Virus record (IMG/VR): IMGVR_UViG_3300012943_000028 | Coordinates: 96,001-160,000 of that record | Direction: 5' to 3' (one strand) | DNA length: 64,000 nucleotides | DNA from: a virus | Lineage: Duplodnaviria; Heunggongvirae; Uroviricota; Caudoviricetes | In this document: one piece after another, positions 45,301-54,032 of the stretch | Layout: every line of letters begins with the position of its first letter | Numbering within the stretch: position 1 is the first letter of the stretch | Notes under the pieces: generated by a model | Databases searched by the model: none | Told to the model about the DNA's origin: nothing | Seen by the model: only the letters and a program-made list of their open reading frames with translations | Made by a program: the position numbers and the translations under genes

Positions 45301-46209
45301 CAGCTCGTATTCGACGAAGACTTCTTTGCCGACTACATGCCGTTCAACACGAAGTACTCGATCCTCGTTGAGCCAGACCAGAGCTACGGTCAGACCATCC
45401 GCGTGAAGGTGACTGAGCAGCTGAAGGTCTACGCCCGCATCGAGCTGATCCTCGGCGACATCATGCCGGTCATCATCACAGATGATCCAATCGTTGCATT
45501 CGAGACGGTCGCAGAGATTGAATTCATCGACCTCATGAACGTTCAGTTCATTGAGGGTGGCGCATTGCCAATCGCCGGCTACGACTTCGGCGGTTACGAC
45601 GACTTCCCATACGACTTCAACCAGGCAGTCGTTACCGGCTTTGGCGGTTCAGAGCACTACATTCCTGCCATGCTGCAGGGTTGGGTTGAGCTGTCACCGG
45701 GTGTCTTCGATTACACTGGTGATCCAAACGACTGGCTGATTCCGAATGGAACACCAGATGGAACGTTCGGTACGTCCATCGCAGAGACGACCAGTGATGT
45801 AACCGTCGGCTCAAGCTTTGCTGAGGCGCTCTCGATCCTCATGACCGAGACTGGCTCCGGCAACATCCCAGTCGGTTCACGCTACATCACGTCGATCTAC
45901 GACTACGATCAGGCAAACGTGGCCGAGGGTGGCAACCCAGTCGGTACTCACGGCCTCCCAGTTGAGGTAGCCGGTTCGTTCACCGTGAACGACGTCCTGA
46001 CCGTGAAGCTGCAGAACTTCGTTGGTTCACCATCCAACTGGATCGTGGCACCAGAAAGCAACCTTTTCGATACCAGCTCAGGTCCAATCAACTTCACGAG
46101 GTTCGAGCTGGACACTGGAACAGTGATCACCGACCCGAACTCGTTCGACATCAACCTCGGTACCGAGGCCCCAACCCTAACCGGTCCATTCCGCATCTGG
46201 ATCGTGTAA
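42340..46209 (+). CDS. virion structural protein with BNR/YCF48-like beta-propeller repeats
   Basis: N-terminal VKPYHTK; tandem hVG.nGtii.S.Dg.TW repeats; GYD..PYD motifs. Confidence 0.75.
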   Translation: MATSNSIAAQSSRHLQSLVDYVLDVKPYHTKVSVSGAVSESYIFSDAINVNVTELHSTRAYLGADLLPDSFTLLGVRERETFSWWQEIISDGVRVTWPMPLFSNPKFASQARLETFVGGVDDLQEIPGLTTGVFNQKRWDGPGITDVRLNDTHLQDTVDYTLSHGAFTFDIIDTGSSKQWIRNDLVNIPAFGGNDASLVYNNVISDAGTLIDVSGETFEEFKAVCTFGIDSVGYNEGVTPVVLTVYSYLDDFTTPLGTVNFGDTFTLMSGPDIRIQFTFTFAPIEGEETAELGDEWIISPFNRITAGPAAGEETWSLIKSNPIRLVGAPTFTPGAPRTDSPAIEIHTRSIELTAASTWTLTFNGGGNYTLNSSLPGYPLVISLVDGCSYKDSNVAFTIIPTTTGWNVGDQFAWEIGADEAHYKVFGSVSGWQADATVGEWYWNGKIGFKIPRLDYFADASTSTIAISGDGDSWETIVSNPQELKSIIFSNNAFFTTGTNSVVAASADALTWTSDVQSIFTPGPNELLMIVGEGGSIAVTSDGDTWTMEDTGVSYNLHSSTIIPDFLTVGPDLVDCAIAVGDNGTIITSVVNLLNPMGWATQDSGVSANLYAITWSNDAIIVVGEGGTVIRSLDRITWTPIVSNTAQTLRDIIYDAGSNAFIAVGDNGTIIRSIDGGLTWSNLGIFTDGDFSAIAFGGGEFIAVGPAGYIGQSPDGIAWTRYSGRPFNDVAYGNGTFVAVGGTLNLSVPFTPANINTLTTNVNAKPSVMIEPSVYTITFTKQSDTANSIPGEAKVFNNIYGYGPNLKTGQVWSDGYSAFQIDTILGELEFGPGDIVNVYIAPDFIVTADIGYDTFPYDSSGYDANNVNIEVPWLYNSELYPLYHAHGAVIVPTAATDDDIIIDKAFLDRVKFRVVGATANFPELGAVDDWIPLFFKYSDNVDSNLNSTSTAEFSDLGMFVEAFSAASGQRVFYILSPRFNKTNRASASQLVFDEDFFADYMPFNTKYSILVEPDQSYGQTIRVKVTEQLKVYARIELILGDIMPVIITDDPIVAFETVAEIEFIDLMNVQFIEGGALPIAGYDFGGYDDFPYDFNQAVVTGFGGSEHYIPAMLQGWVELSPGVFDYTGDPNDWLIPNGTPDGTFGTSIAETTSDVTVGSSFAEALSILMTETGSGNIPVGSRYITSIYDYDQANVAEGGNPVGTHGLPVEVAGSFTVNDVLTVKLQNFVGSPSNWIVAPESNLFDTSSGPINFTRFELDTGTVITDPNSFDINLGTEAPTLTGPFRIWIV

Positions 46210-46221
46210 CTTGAAAGCCCA

Positions 46222-46227
46222 TAAATA
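46222..46227 (+). promoter_or_regulatory. late promoter core TAAATA
   Basis: Intergenic, before ATG 46264. Confidence 0.65.
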
Positions 46228-46263
46228 TAGCACGCAGGTGAGAAGCGCACCAATGGAGAAATC

Positions 46264-46896
46264 ATGAGCTCAGTTAATCTCAACTTCAAGGTCAAGGGTC
46301 ACGTCCACATTAAGGACGCCAAGACCGGCGAGGTCCTTCTAGACAAGGACAACGCAATCCACAACCAGAACATGGCTGTGGCGATTGCACGCGGCCTTTC
46401 GAACACTGACTTCGATGCCATCGGTACTCACCAGATTTACGCCCTCGCGCTTGGCAATGGTGGTTCTGACGTCAACAACATGAACCAGATCACGTATCTT
46501 CCACCAAACGTAAGCAGCGGCGCAGCTGACCGTCTGTATAACCAGACGTACTACGAGGTGGTTGACGAACAGCAGGCTGGAACTCCATCTGAAAACTCGG
46601 TCACCTACCAGCAGAGCGGTATCGACACGACATCAATCGTGATCATCACCGCAACGATTGCTGCTGGCCAGCCATCTGGTCAGGACATCTCTGATTCTCC
46701 ACCAGACCCAAACTTCAACTCAGAGTTTGCATTTGACGAACTCGGTCTTTACACCTATGGCACGAACGGTGCGTTCACCGATGGTGGTGTTCCAGTTGAC
46801 TCACTACTTCTGACGCACATCATCTTCTCGCCAATTCTCAAGACCGCTAACCGTGAGCTCGTAATCACCTACACACTCACCGTGAGCGTAAGCTAA
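46264..46896 (+). CDS. baseplate/tail-fibre attachment structural protein
   Basis: GHVHI...KDNAIH, LGNGG, FDELGLY and LLTHIIFSPILKTANR...YTL, typical of fibre-proximal baseplate domains. Confidence 0.7.
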   Translation: MSSVNLNFKVKGHVHIKDAKTGEVLLDKDNAIHNQNMAVAIARGLSNTDFDAIGTHQIYALALGNGGSDVNNMNQITYLPPNVSSGAADRLYNQTYYEVVDEQQAGTPSENSVTYQQSGIDTTSIVIITATIAAGQPSGQDISDSPPDPNFNSEFAFDELGLYTYGTNGAFTDGGVPVDSLLLTHIIFSPILKTANRELVITYTLTVSVS

Positions 46897-46941
46897 GACA
46901 GCACACTTGCGGTGGTATCACCACCTTAACAGAGGTACCAA

Positions 46942-47937
46942 GTGAAGCTGTCATTCCGCCAGGGCATCATTAGGAAGGAAACGAACGCATCGCCAGCGCT
47001 GCTCACGTGGCACTCGATGGCGCATGATAGCGTTGACCTTAACGTTGGTCTTGGCAACACCTTCAGCCCAATCTCTGTGGCATTTGGTCACTATGGCTCT
47101 AACTACGTCGTCGATGAAACTAAGGACGTGGATAACGCCTGGATCGGTTTCCCAACCGGTGTCAACGTCTATCTCTATTGGGATATCGACCTTGCGACTG
47201 GCGCTCTCTCACGTGGATGGACTACCATTCCATGGGTGCAGAACTCAGTTGAGCCAATCAACCCAGTCAACAACCTCCATTGGTGGGACAACACCAACAC
47301 ACGCATGCGCGTGTATCGCAAACCAACGCCAGCCTCCACTGGAGTTTGGCAGGACAAAGTGCGCGTGTTTGTTGGTTGGATTCAGAACGGTTCAACCCTA
47401 CACACTTACCCTCTTGGCTCACAGGTGGGCATCACTGGAAAGTTTGACGGTGGTAACCTAATTCTAGGCGCCAACAACGTTCCACTAAAGCAGCAGAACG
47501 GCACGTTCGTCACCACCGCAACAGACCTCATCATTCAGCAGACCACAGGCCAGAACGTTCAGTTTGATGCTGCTCTTGTATTTGCTGAAGCCGCTGAAGA
47601 AATTCCAGCCTTCACGTGTGTTGCATTCCGCCCATACAAGATGATCAATCTTGCTGGCGTCTATGAAGAAAATTCAGTCATCGTTGAGCGCTTTGCAAAT
47701 GGAATCAGCGTGCAGTCGCTTGCACAAGAAGAAGTTGGTCAGATCGTGTCAAATGGCGTAATCCGCAATGACCAGTGGATGTGGGAACCAGAACAGATCG
47801 GTCGCCCACTTTTCTGTGGGCCACTTGGCGAGGTGCAGCTTACACCGCCTCTTGCTGGCTTCGTGCAGCAGATCGGCACAGTGTTTGACACTGATGCTAT
47901 CTACCTAAACATCTTTCCACCGGTGCGCATCTCATGA
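46942..47937 (+). CDS. virion structural/fibre-associated protein
   Basis: GTG start with SD GAGG; C-terminal GRPLFCG..G..LTPP...QQIG cement/fibre-type motif. Confidence 0.6.
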   Translation: MKLSFRQGIIRKETNASPALLTWHSMAHDSVDLNVGLGNTFSPISVAFGHYGSNYVVDETKDVDNAWIGFPTGVNVYLYWDIDLATGALSRGWTTIPWVQNSVEPINPVNNLHWWDNTNTRMRVYRKPTPASTGVWQDKVRVFVGWIQNGSTLHTYPLGSQVGITGKFDGGNLILGANNVPLKQQNGTFVTTATDLIIQQTTGQNVQFDAALVFAEAAEEIPAFTCVAFRPYKMINLAGVYEENSVIVERFANGISVQSLAQEEVGQIVSNGVIRNDQWMWEPEQIGRPLFCGPLGEVQLTPPLAGFVQQIGTVFDTDAIYLNIFPPVRIS

Positions 47938-49025
47938 GCAAGCCAGTAATTCTAGAAGATGATGGCGTCTTTGGCCAGCTTCCAGACGGCGGCATCATCA
48001 ATGCTGGCGGAACAGATCAAGATACTTGGACTGTTGGTGGTCAGGGCGTAATTCTTGATGATGGATCAAGCTCAAGTGGTGGTCCAGGTATCACGCTGCA
48101 AAAGGTGTATGACAACACGCCGAACATTGGTGGTGCTGCATCTCTTGTTCTTGAAGATGGCAAGGACCTTGTCATCAAGGACCCAGATGACGGCACGTTT
48201 GTGCGTATTTCAGGAAAGACTGGATCGGCTCCTGGCCAGAAGGCGAAGGTCACCATCAACGGTGATCTTGAAGTCACTGGCGACACCACAACGATTGACA
48301 CCGTCATTCAAGACAGCGACCATTGGGTCATCTCTCCTGCTAGCGGTGCAACATCAGCGCTCGTCATCCGCCCAGACAACGGTGTTACCCCTCTCGTCGA
48401 CCTCGTGTCCGTGCGCAAGACGTATGTAACAGCACCGGTATTTCGAATCACGAAAGATGGGGACGTCATCTCTACGGAGAACCTGACGATCGGCAAGGCA
48501 CTTTCAGTGGATGGTGGAGACCTCTACTGGAACCCAGGCGTCAAGAGCCTACAGCTTGGCAACACCACTGGTACAGGCCGCCCATACTTTATCGGTTCAC
48601 CTGGCAGTGTCTACATCTTTGGTGGAAATGATGGTGCCGGTAACGCCCTACAGTTCGGTTATGGTAACCCTGGTGGTGCCCCGGACGGCAGCATTCGAGT
48701 AAATACGACAGGTGCATGGGCGTTTGATGGATCAGACTTCGGTACAGCCGGGCAGATTCTAACGTCAAATGGTCCTACGGCTCCTCCTACCTGGCAAACC
48801 TCCGCCAGCTCAAGTACAGTTTTTGGCTATGAGCACGTTCAGTCTGTTGATTCCACTACGTGGACGATCATGCACAACGGCAATACGCTGAGAACTTCAG
48901 TTACCATCTACGATACTCTATACGAGCAGATCATACCAGAGCGGGTACAGATCATCGACGCTAACACGATTGTGGTTACATTCACAGCCGCAATCGCTGG
49001 AAGTGCGATGGTTTTCCTCTTCTAA
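47934..49025 (+). CDS. fibre protein with C-terminal WxIxHN module
   Basis: Gly/Thr-rich, GTAGQILTSNG...PTWQ, and a C-terminal ~60-aa repeat module. Confidence 0.65.
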   Translation: MSKPVILEDDGVFGQLPDGGIINAGGTDQDTWTVGGQGVILDDGSSSSGGPGITLQKVYDNTPNIGGAASLVLEDGKDLVIKDPDDGTFVRISGKTGSAPGQKAKVTINGDLEVTGDTTTIDTVIQDSDHWVISPASGATSALVIRPDNGVTPLVDLVSVRKTYVTAPVFRITKDGDVISTENLTIGKALSVDGGDLYWNPGVKSLQLGNTTGTGRPYFIGSPGSVYIFGGNDGAGNALQFGYGNPGGAPDGSIRVNTTGAWAFDGSDFGTAGQILTSNGPTAPPTWQTSASSSTVFGYEHVQSVDSTTWTIMHNGNTLRTSVTIYDTLYEQIIPERVQIIDANTIVVTFTAAIAGSAMVFLF

Positions 49026-49039
49026 ACCTAGCCTAATCA

Positions 49040-49045
49040 TAAATA
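49040..49045 (+). promoter_or_regulatory. late promoter core TAAATA
   Basis: Intergenic, before ATG 49091. Confidence 0.65.
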
Positions 49046-49090
49046 GTGTTCGAAAGTCTATCATAGCATCAGCTTCATAGGACTACTCGA

Positions 49091-49321
49091 ATGTCAAAGA
49101 AAAGTATCGAGACGCAGGACATTGTTCTTGCGGCTACGCTAAAGGTTTTGGGTTACCGCCTGGACACCATTCAGAAGGTTGGAAACAAGGGCATCTTCTT
49201 CTTCAACGATGTTGACGAAGCGGTTGTCAATGATTACGATCTTGGAAATCTGAAGGTGGAGCCGGTTGCGTTCAACTCAGCGATTAAGGCGCTTACGACG
49301 GCAAGCCGTCGTATTCTGTAA
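49091..49321 (+). CDS. small conserved phage protein (DUF5659-like)
   Basis: TQDIVLAATLKVLGY...FFF...VEPVAF; family name recalled, not searched. Confidence 0.55.
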   Translation: MSKKSIETQDIVLAATLKVLGYRLDTIQKVGNKGIFFFNDVDEAVVNDYDLGNLKVEPVAFNSAIKALTTASRRIL

Positions 49322-49349
49322 CGTATTGGCTCTCAAGGGAGAATGACGA

Positions 49350-51908
49350 ATGAAACTCAATGGTAATCTGGTACTCAATGCCCTCGGCACGAGCGAAATC
49401 CAGAACGCATTTTTGGAGCGCCTGGACACAACACCAAGCTTCAACGCCTCAGACGAAGGTCGTCTGATCTACAACACCACCACGTCGCTGTACTACTACA
49501 ACGACGGTTCTGCATGGGTTCCATTCGCAACTGGTGGTAACGCTGCACTGCTGCAGACTGAAGTTGACAACATCGAAGCCGCCCTCGGCGCCGGTGTCAA
49601 CAGCAACGGTCAGTTCCAGTCAGGTGCATTCTCAACTGGCTCGATCATCGATGATGCAACAAGCTTCACCGATGCTCTACTCCAGCTTGACGCAGCATCT
49701 GCAGGTCACGACACCCTCGGCGAGCTTGAGGACGTAGACCTCGGCACCCTCACTGGTGGCGAGTTCCTCCAGTACAATAACGGCACGAGCAAGTGGGAAG
49801 AGCATGTTCTCGTTCTCGCAGACGTTTCTGATGTCACCGCATCTGCCGCCGAAGTCAACATCCTCGATGGCGCAACGCTATCAACCACTGAGCTCAACTA
49901 CGTCGATGGCGTAACCTCGCCAATTCAGACGCAGCTTGACAACAAGCAGCCACTTGACGCCACACTGACGGCTCTTGCTGCCTTCAACACCAACGGCATT
50001 GTGGTTCAGACCGCTGCCGACACGTTTGCAGGTCGCACGCTCACGGCGCCAGCCGCTGGTATCACGATCACCAACCCAGCTGGTATCGCAGGCAACCCAA
50101 CGTTTGCACTTGCAAACGACCTCGCCGCTCTTGAGGGTCTCGCAACATCCGGCTTCATCGTCCGCACTGGTGACGGCACCGCAACTACCCGTGAAATCAC
50201 TGGTACTGCCGGCCGCATCGTTGTTTCAGATGGTGATGGTATCGCTTCGGACGCAAACATCGATCTCGAGACGGTCGCTGACTCAGGCTCAGGTTCATTC
50301 CTCAAGGTTTCAGTTGACGGTTACGGCCGTGTAACTGGTACCCAGGCTGTCGTAGCAGGCGACATCACCGCTCTCGTTGACGCAACATACGTCAACGCAG
50401 CTGGCGATTCGATGACCGGCAACCTCAACATGGGCAACAACAAGGTAACGGGTCTCGCACCTGGTACCGCTGGCACTGACGCAGTCAACAAGAACCAGCT
50501 CGATGCTCTCTACGCAGGTCTTTCATGGAAGCAGGCAGTACGTGCAGCAACAACCGCCACCGTTGATCTCTCGACTGACCTCGAGGCAACCGACGTAATC
50601 GACGGTGTTACCCTCGTCGCCGGCGATCGTGTTCTCGTCAAGGACCAGGCCGCACCTGAAGAGAACGGTATCTACATCGTTCAGGCCTCTGGCGCAGCAG
50701 TGCGCTCTGTCGACCTTGACGATGCAAGCGACTTTGCCGCTGCAACCGTGTTCGTCACCGAAGGTACCGTCAACGCCGACTCTGGTTGGACTCAGACCGC
50801 TGAGATCACCACGGTTGACACTGACGCTGTAAACTTCGTGCAGTTCACCGGTTCTGGCACCTACATGGCAGGTACTGGTCTTGCTCTCTCAGGCAACACC
50901 TTCAACGTCAACCTCGGTGCTGGTATCGTCGAACTCCCAACCGACGAAGTTGGTATCGATCTCCACGACGCTGCAACTGGCGCAATCATCCTCACGACGA
51001 CTGGTACCAACCGTACCACCGTCACGGGTGCTAAGCTTCACCTTCTGATCCCAGCAGGTGCAGGTATCACGCAGGACGCAACTGGTCTCTACATCCCAGC
51101 TGATGGTGTCACCAATGCAATGCTTGCGAACGACAACGTCGGTCTCAACGCTGACTCTGGTACAAGCACCCTCACCCTCGGTCAGACGCTCCTCGTCGCA
51201 GGTGATTCGGTACAGGGTATCAACTCCTCAGTATCTGGTCAGACTGTAACGATCACAGCCGCCAACGCATCTTCTTCGCAGAAGGGTGTTGCTAGCTTCG
51301 ATTCTGGTGACTTCACGGTTACCGCAGGTAACGTCGTTATCGCCACAGCAGGTATCGACAACGCACAGCTTGCCAACAGCACCATCACGGTTGCTGGTAC
51401 TTCAGGCAGCGATGCAGTTGCTCTCGGTGAGACTCTCACCGTTGTCGGTGGTGCAGGTGGTGAAACCTCAACTGCCGTCACCGCAAACCAGATTGCAATC
51501 TCGGTTCGTGACGCAACGGTATCACTCAAGGGTGTTGCAAGCTTCGATGCTGCAGACTTCAGCGTAACTGCTGGTGCAGTATCTCTCGTAGACAAGGACC
51601 TCGACAGCCTGACAGACGTAACGATCACAACGCCAGCCGCTGGTCAGACGCTCGTGTACGACTCAACGGTTGATGGTGGTGACTTCGTCAACAAGAAGAT
51701 CTACTTCCTCTACTCAGGCTCTTCAAGCACCGTCCACACGGTAACTCACAACATCGGTCAGCAGTACTGCAACGTTACGGTTGTAGATGCCACCGACGAA
51801 GTGATCATCCCAGAGTCAATCTCATTCACGGATGAGAACGAGCTCGAGGTAACCTTCACCTCTGCAATCGCATGTAAGGTCGTCGTAATGGGTGTCCCAG
51901 TAGCCTAA
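49350..51908 (+). CDS. long fibre protein (tail or head fibre)
   Basis: Ala/Thr/Gly-rich; LNYVDGVTSPIQTQLDNKQ, VDGYGRVT, DAVNKNQLD, two KGVASFD repeats and the C-terminal module. Confidence 0.8.
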   Translation: MKLNGNLVLNALGTSEIQNAFLERLDTTPSFNASDEGRLIYNTTTSLYYYNDGSAWVPFATGGNAALLQTEVDNIEAALGAGVNSNGQFQSGAFSTGSIIDDATSFTDALLQLDAASAGHDTLGELEDVDLGTLTGGEFLQYNNGTSKWEEHVLVLADVSDVTASAAEVNILDGATLSTTELNYVDGVTSPIQTQLDNKQPLDATLTALAAFNTNGIVVQTAADTFAGRTLTAPAAGITITNPAGIAGNPTFALANDLAALEGLATSGFIVRTGDGTATTREITGTAGRIVVSDGDGIASDANIDLETVADSGSGSFLKVSVDGYGRVTGTQAVVAGDITALVDATYVNAAGDSMTGNLNMGNNKVTGLAPGTAGTDAVNKNQLDALYAGLSWKQAVRAATTATVDLSTDLEATDVIDGVTLVAGDRVLVKDQAAPEENGIYIVQASGAAVRSVDLDDASDFAAATVFVTEGTVNADSGWTQTAEITTVDTDAVNFVQFTGSGTYMAGTGLALSGNTFNVNLGAGIVELPTDEVGIDLHDAATGAIILTTTGTNRTTVTGAKLHLLIPAGAGITQDATGLYIPADGVTNAMLANDNVGLNADSGTSTLTLGQTLLVAGDSVQGINSSVSGQTVTITAANASSSQKGVASFDSGDFTVTAGNVVIATAGIDNAQLANSTITVAGTSGSDAVALGETLTVVGGAGGETSTAVTANQIAISVRDATVSLKGVASFDAADFSVTAGAVSLVDKDLDSLTDVTITTPAAGQTLVYDSTVDGGDFVNKKIYFLYSGSSSTVHTVTHNIGQQYCNVTVVDATDEVIIPESISFTDENELEVTFTSAIACKVVVMGVPVA

Positions 51909-51928
51909 TAGCTAACGGGCAATGAATG

Positions 51929-51961
51929 AAAGAGGGACTCTTCGGAGTCCCTTTTTCTTTT
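51929..51961 (+). terminator. rho-independent terminator
   Basis: AGGGACTC-TTCG-GAGTCCCT followed by TTTTCTTTT. Confidence 0.9.
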
Positions 51962-51966
51962 GGCGA

Positions 51967-51972
51967 TAAATA
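51967..51972 (+). promoter_or_regulatory. late promoter core TAAATA
   Basis: Directly after the terminator, before ATG 52008. Confidence 0.7.
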
Positions 51973-52007
51973 CAGTATCTCGATCATACCGTTCAGGGGA
52001 CGACTCA

Positions 52008-52610
52008 ATGAAATTTCACGGCGAAGCAAACCTCCAGCAGAACTTCCTTAGGAATGCGGTCATCCCTTTGGATGAAGACTTTCCTACTACTCCTGTAGTC
52101 GGTCAGCTGGTATTCACGCAGGGCATTCTCTACATCTGCGTGCAGATCGTCGATGATCTCCCATACTGGGTTCCACTTACGCAGGTGATCACCTCGTTCG
52201 TTCACTATCAGGATTCAGCATCTGCTTCATGGGAAATTGAACACAACCTCAACAGCTCAGCTGTTAGCGTCACCGTGTATGACACGATGAACCGTGTTGT
52301 GATCCCTAATGATGTCACGATCCTCAATGCATCTAACGTTCAGGTAGATTTCGGTGCCCCATTCCAGGGTTCAGCCGTCGTTCTTACCGGCAACCCTGAC
52401 GGCGCAGTTGCTCCGACATACGCATTCGAATTCATGCAGACGTCGCCATCAACAACTTGGACCATCAACCACGGTCTCGGTCGCTACCCAATCGTTCGCG
52501 TGTTCGTCGGCAACCAGGAAGTTCAGCCAGCTTCTGTCGTCTTCACCAACATCAACACTGTGACGCTGACCTTTACCACGCCACAAGTTGGTCAGGCGAA
52601 GCTGATCTAA
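52008..52610 (+). CDS. structural protein with two WxIxH(N/G)L modules
   Basis: ATG 52008 (MKFHGEANL); modules WEIEHNLN and WTINHGLG. Confidence 0.7.
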   Translation: MKFHGEANLQQNFLRNAVIPLDEDFPTTPVVGQLVFTQGILYICVQIVDDLPYWVPLTQVITSFVHYQDSASASWEIEHNLNSSAVSVTVYDTMNRVVIPNDVTILNASNVQVDFGAPFQGSAVVLTGNPDGAVAPTYAFEFMQTSPSTTWTINHGLGRYPIVRVFVGNQEVQPASVVFTNINTVTLTFTTPQVGQAKLI

Positions 52611-52619
52611 GGAGTTAAC

Positions 52620-52865
52620 ATGCCTGGCAAAATTCATCATCCAGCAGTTTACCGCCACGAGCAGGCCTCTGCTTTGCAGGTGTGGAATGTCGCACATAAT
52701 CTCGGTGGAAACGGTTCAACCGGCATTCCAATCGTAGATGTGTTTGTCGAATATGAAAGCGCTGTGCAGAAGATCATTCCGAGCTCGGTTGAAATTGTAG
52801 ACGCAAACAACGTCACCATCACGTTTACAACGGCGCGTAGCGGTTACGCAATCATCGTCGTTTAA
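52620..52865 (+). CDS. single-module WxIxHNL protein
   Basis: WNVAHNLG...PIVDV...IIP..VEIVDANNVTITF; SD AGGAG. Confidence 0.75.
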   Translation: MPGKIHHPAVYRHEQASALQVWNVAHNLGGNGSTGIPIVDVFVEYESAVQKIIPSSVEIVDANNVTITFTTARSGYAIIVV

Positions 52866-52875
52866 GGGGAACGCA

Positions 52876-53145
52876 ATGCCTTGGTCACCACAACCATTTG
52901 AAAGCGGTGTTCGTGTATGGACACACTATCAGAACTCACCGCTTGCAACGTGGAACATCGAACATGGAATGAGCGTTGAGCCACTCGTCGAGGTTCATGC
53001 CTACGATGACAGCAACGTTCTTCAGAAGGCGTTTCCACTTTCTATCGTGCAGGTAGATGAGAACAATACGACCATTACGTGGTCTTCACCACGCAAGGGT
53101 ATCGCCATCTTCGTAGCAACTCCACTGTTTACTGTAGCCCCATAA
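52876..53145 (+). CDS. single-module WxIxHG protein
   Basis: WNIEHGM..EPLVEV...VDENNTTITW. Confidence 0.7.
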   Translation: MPWSPQPFESGVRVWTHYQNSPLATWNIEHGMSVEPLVEVHAYDDSNVLQKAFPLSIVQVDENNTTITWSSPRKGIAIFVATPLFTVAP

Positions 53146-53176
53146 CACCCGCTGTTAGCATCACATATCATAGGAG

Positions 53177-53632
53177 ATGACCATGTCAGGATTTGCAAAC
53201 TTTATCCCTGGCGTCGGACAAGCAAAGCTGATCGGAATCGGAATTGCCGCTGCTGGCGTCCTTGCCGTTGCCATTTGGATCGGCGTGCTACGCCACCAGG
53301 TGTCAAGCCTTCGTGAGGACAATGCTGTTCTTACACAGAACAACAAGGTCCTTCAGGACAACAACGACACTCTGAAGGGAAACCTCAAGACCGCCACTGA
53401 GGCCAACGAGACCAACACTAAGACCATTGAAGGTCTGAAGAAGGAACGTCAGGCCGCCGTCAACTCTGTTGCCGACCTTGCCAAGAAGCAGAAGTCAAAC
53501 GCTGCAACTATCGGTCAACTCCAGACACAACTATCTGACATGCGCAAGGATGCAGCGAACAACGGTGAGCTAGCTCCTGTTCTTCGTGAAACCATCCGTG
53601 GCATTCAAAACACCGCTGAGGTGACTCCATGA
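53177..53632 (+). CDS. i-spanin (Rz-like)
   Basis: N-terminal TM helix followed by a long coiled coil; coupled to a lipoprotein gene. Confidence 0.8.
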   Translation: MTMSGFANFIPGVGQAKLIGIGIAAAGVLAVAIWIGVLRHQVSSLREDNAVLTQNNKVLQDNNDTLKGNLKTATEANETNTKTIEGLKKERQAAVNSVADLAKKQKSNAATIGQLQTQLSDMRKDAANNGELAPVLRETIRGIQNTAEVTP

Positions 53633-54030
53633 AGAAGCTCCTAATCATTGCACTTGCTGCTTCGCTAACCGCCTGTGGTATCAACCCAGTCAAGCCTGAG
53701 CGCCAGACTGTCAAGGAAGTTTCGTACATCGTTGCAGTTCCTCCAAAGGAGCTAACGACGCTGCCAGCTAAGGTTCCTAACATTGACGTTGATGTAGCTG
53801 ACCAAGCCACCGCCGCCGACTGGCTCTTAAAGAAAGAGAAGTACACGCGTGATGTCGAGGACCTCATGACGGGGATGGCGCAGTACCTAGTCGATCTTCA
53901 GGCAAAATTGGATGAGAAGGCCAAGGCCGACAACGCTGCTGCAATCAAGGCCGCAGATGAGTATGACGCTAACGCTGCAAAGCGTGCCTCAGAAAAGAAG
54001 GTTGAGCTGAACGCCCAGCCATCGAGGTAA
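53629..54030 (+). CDS. o-spanin (Rz1-like lipoprotein)
   Basis: Signal MKKLLIIALAASLTAC with lipobox LTAC, then a Pro-rich segment. Confidence 0.8.
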   Translation: MKKLLIIALAASLTACGINPVKPERQTVKEVSYIVAVPPKELTTLPAKVPNIDVDVADQATAADWLLKKEKYTRDVEDLMTGMAQYLVDLQAKLDEKAKADNAAAIKAADEYDANAAKRASEKKVELNAQPSR

Positions 54031-54032
54031 CG

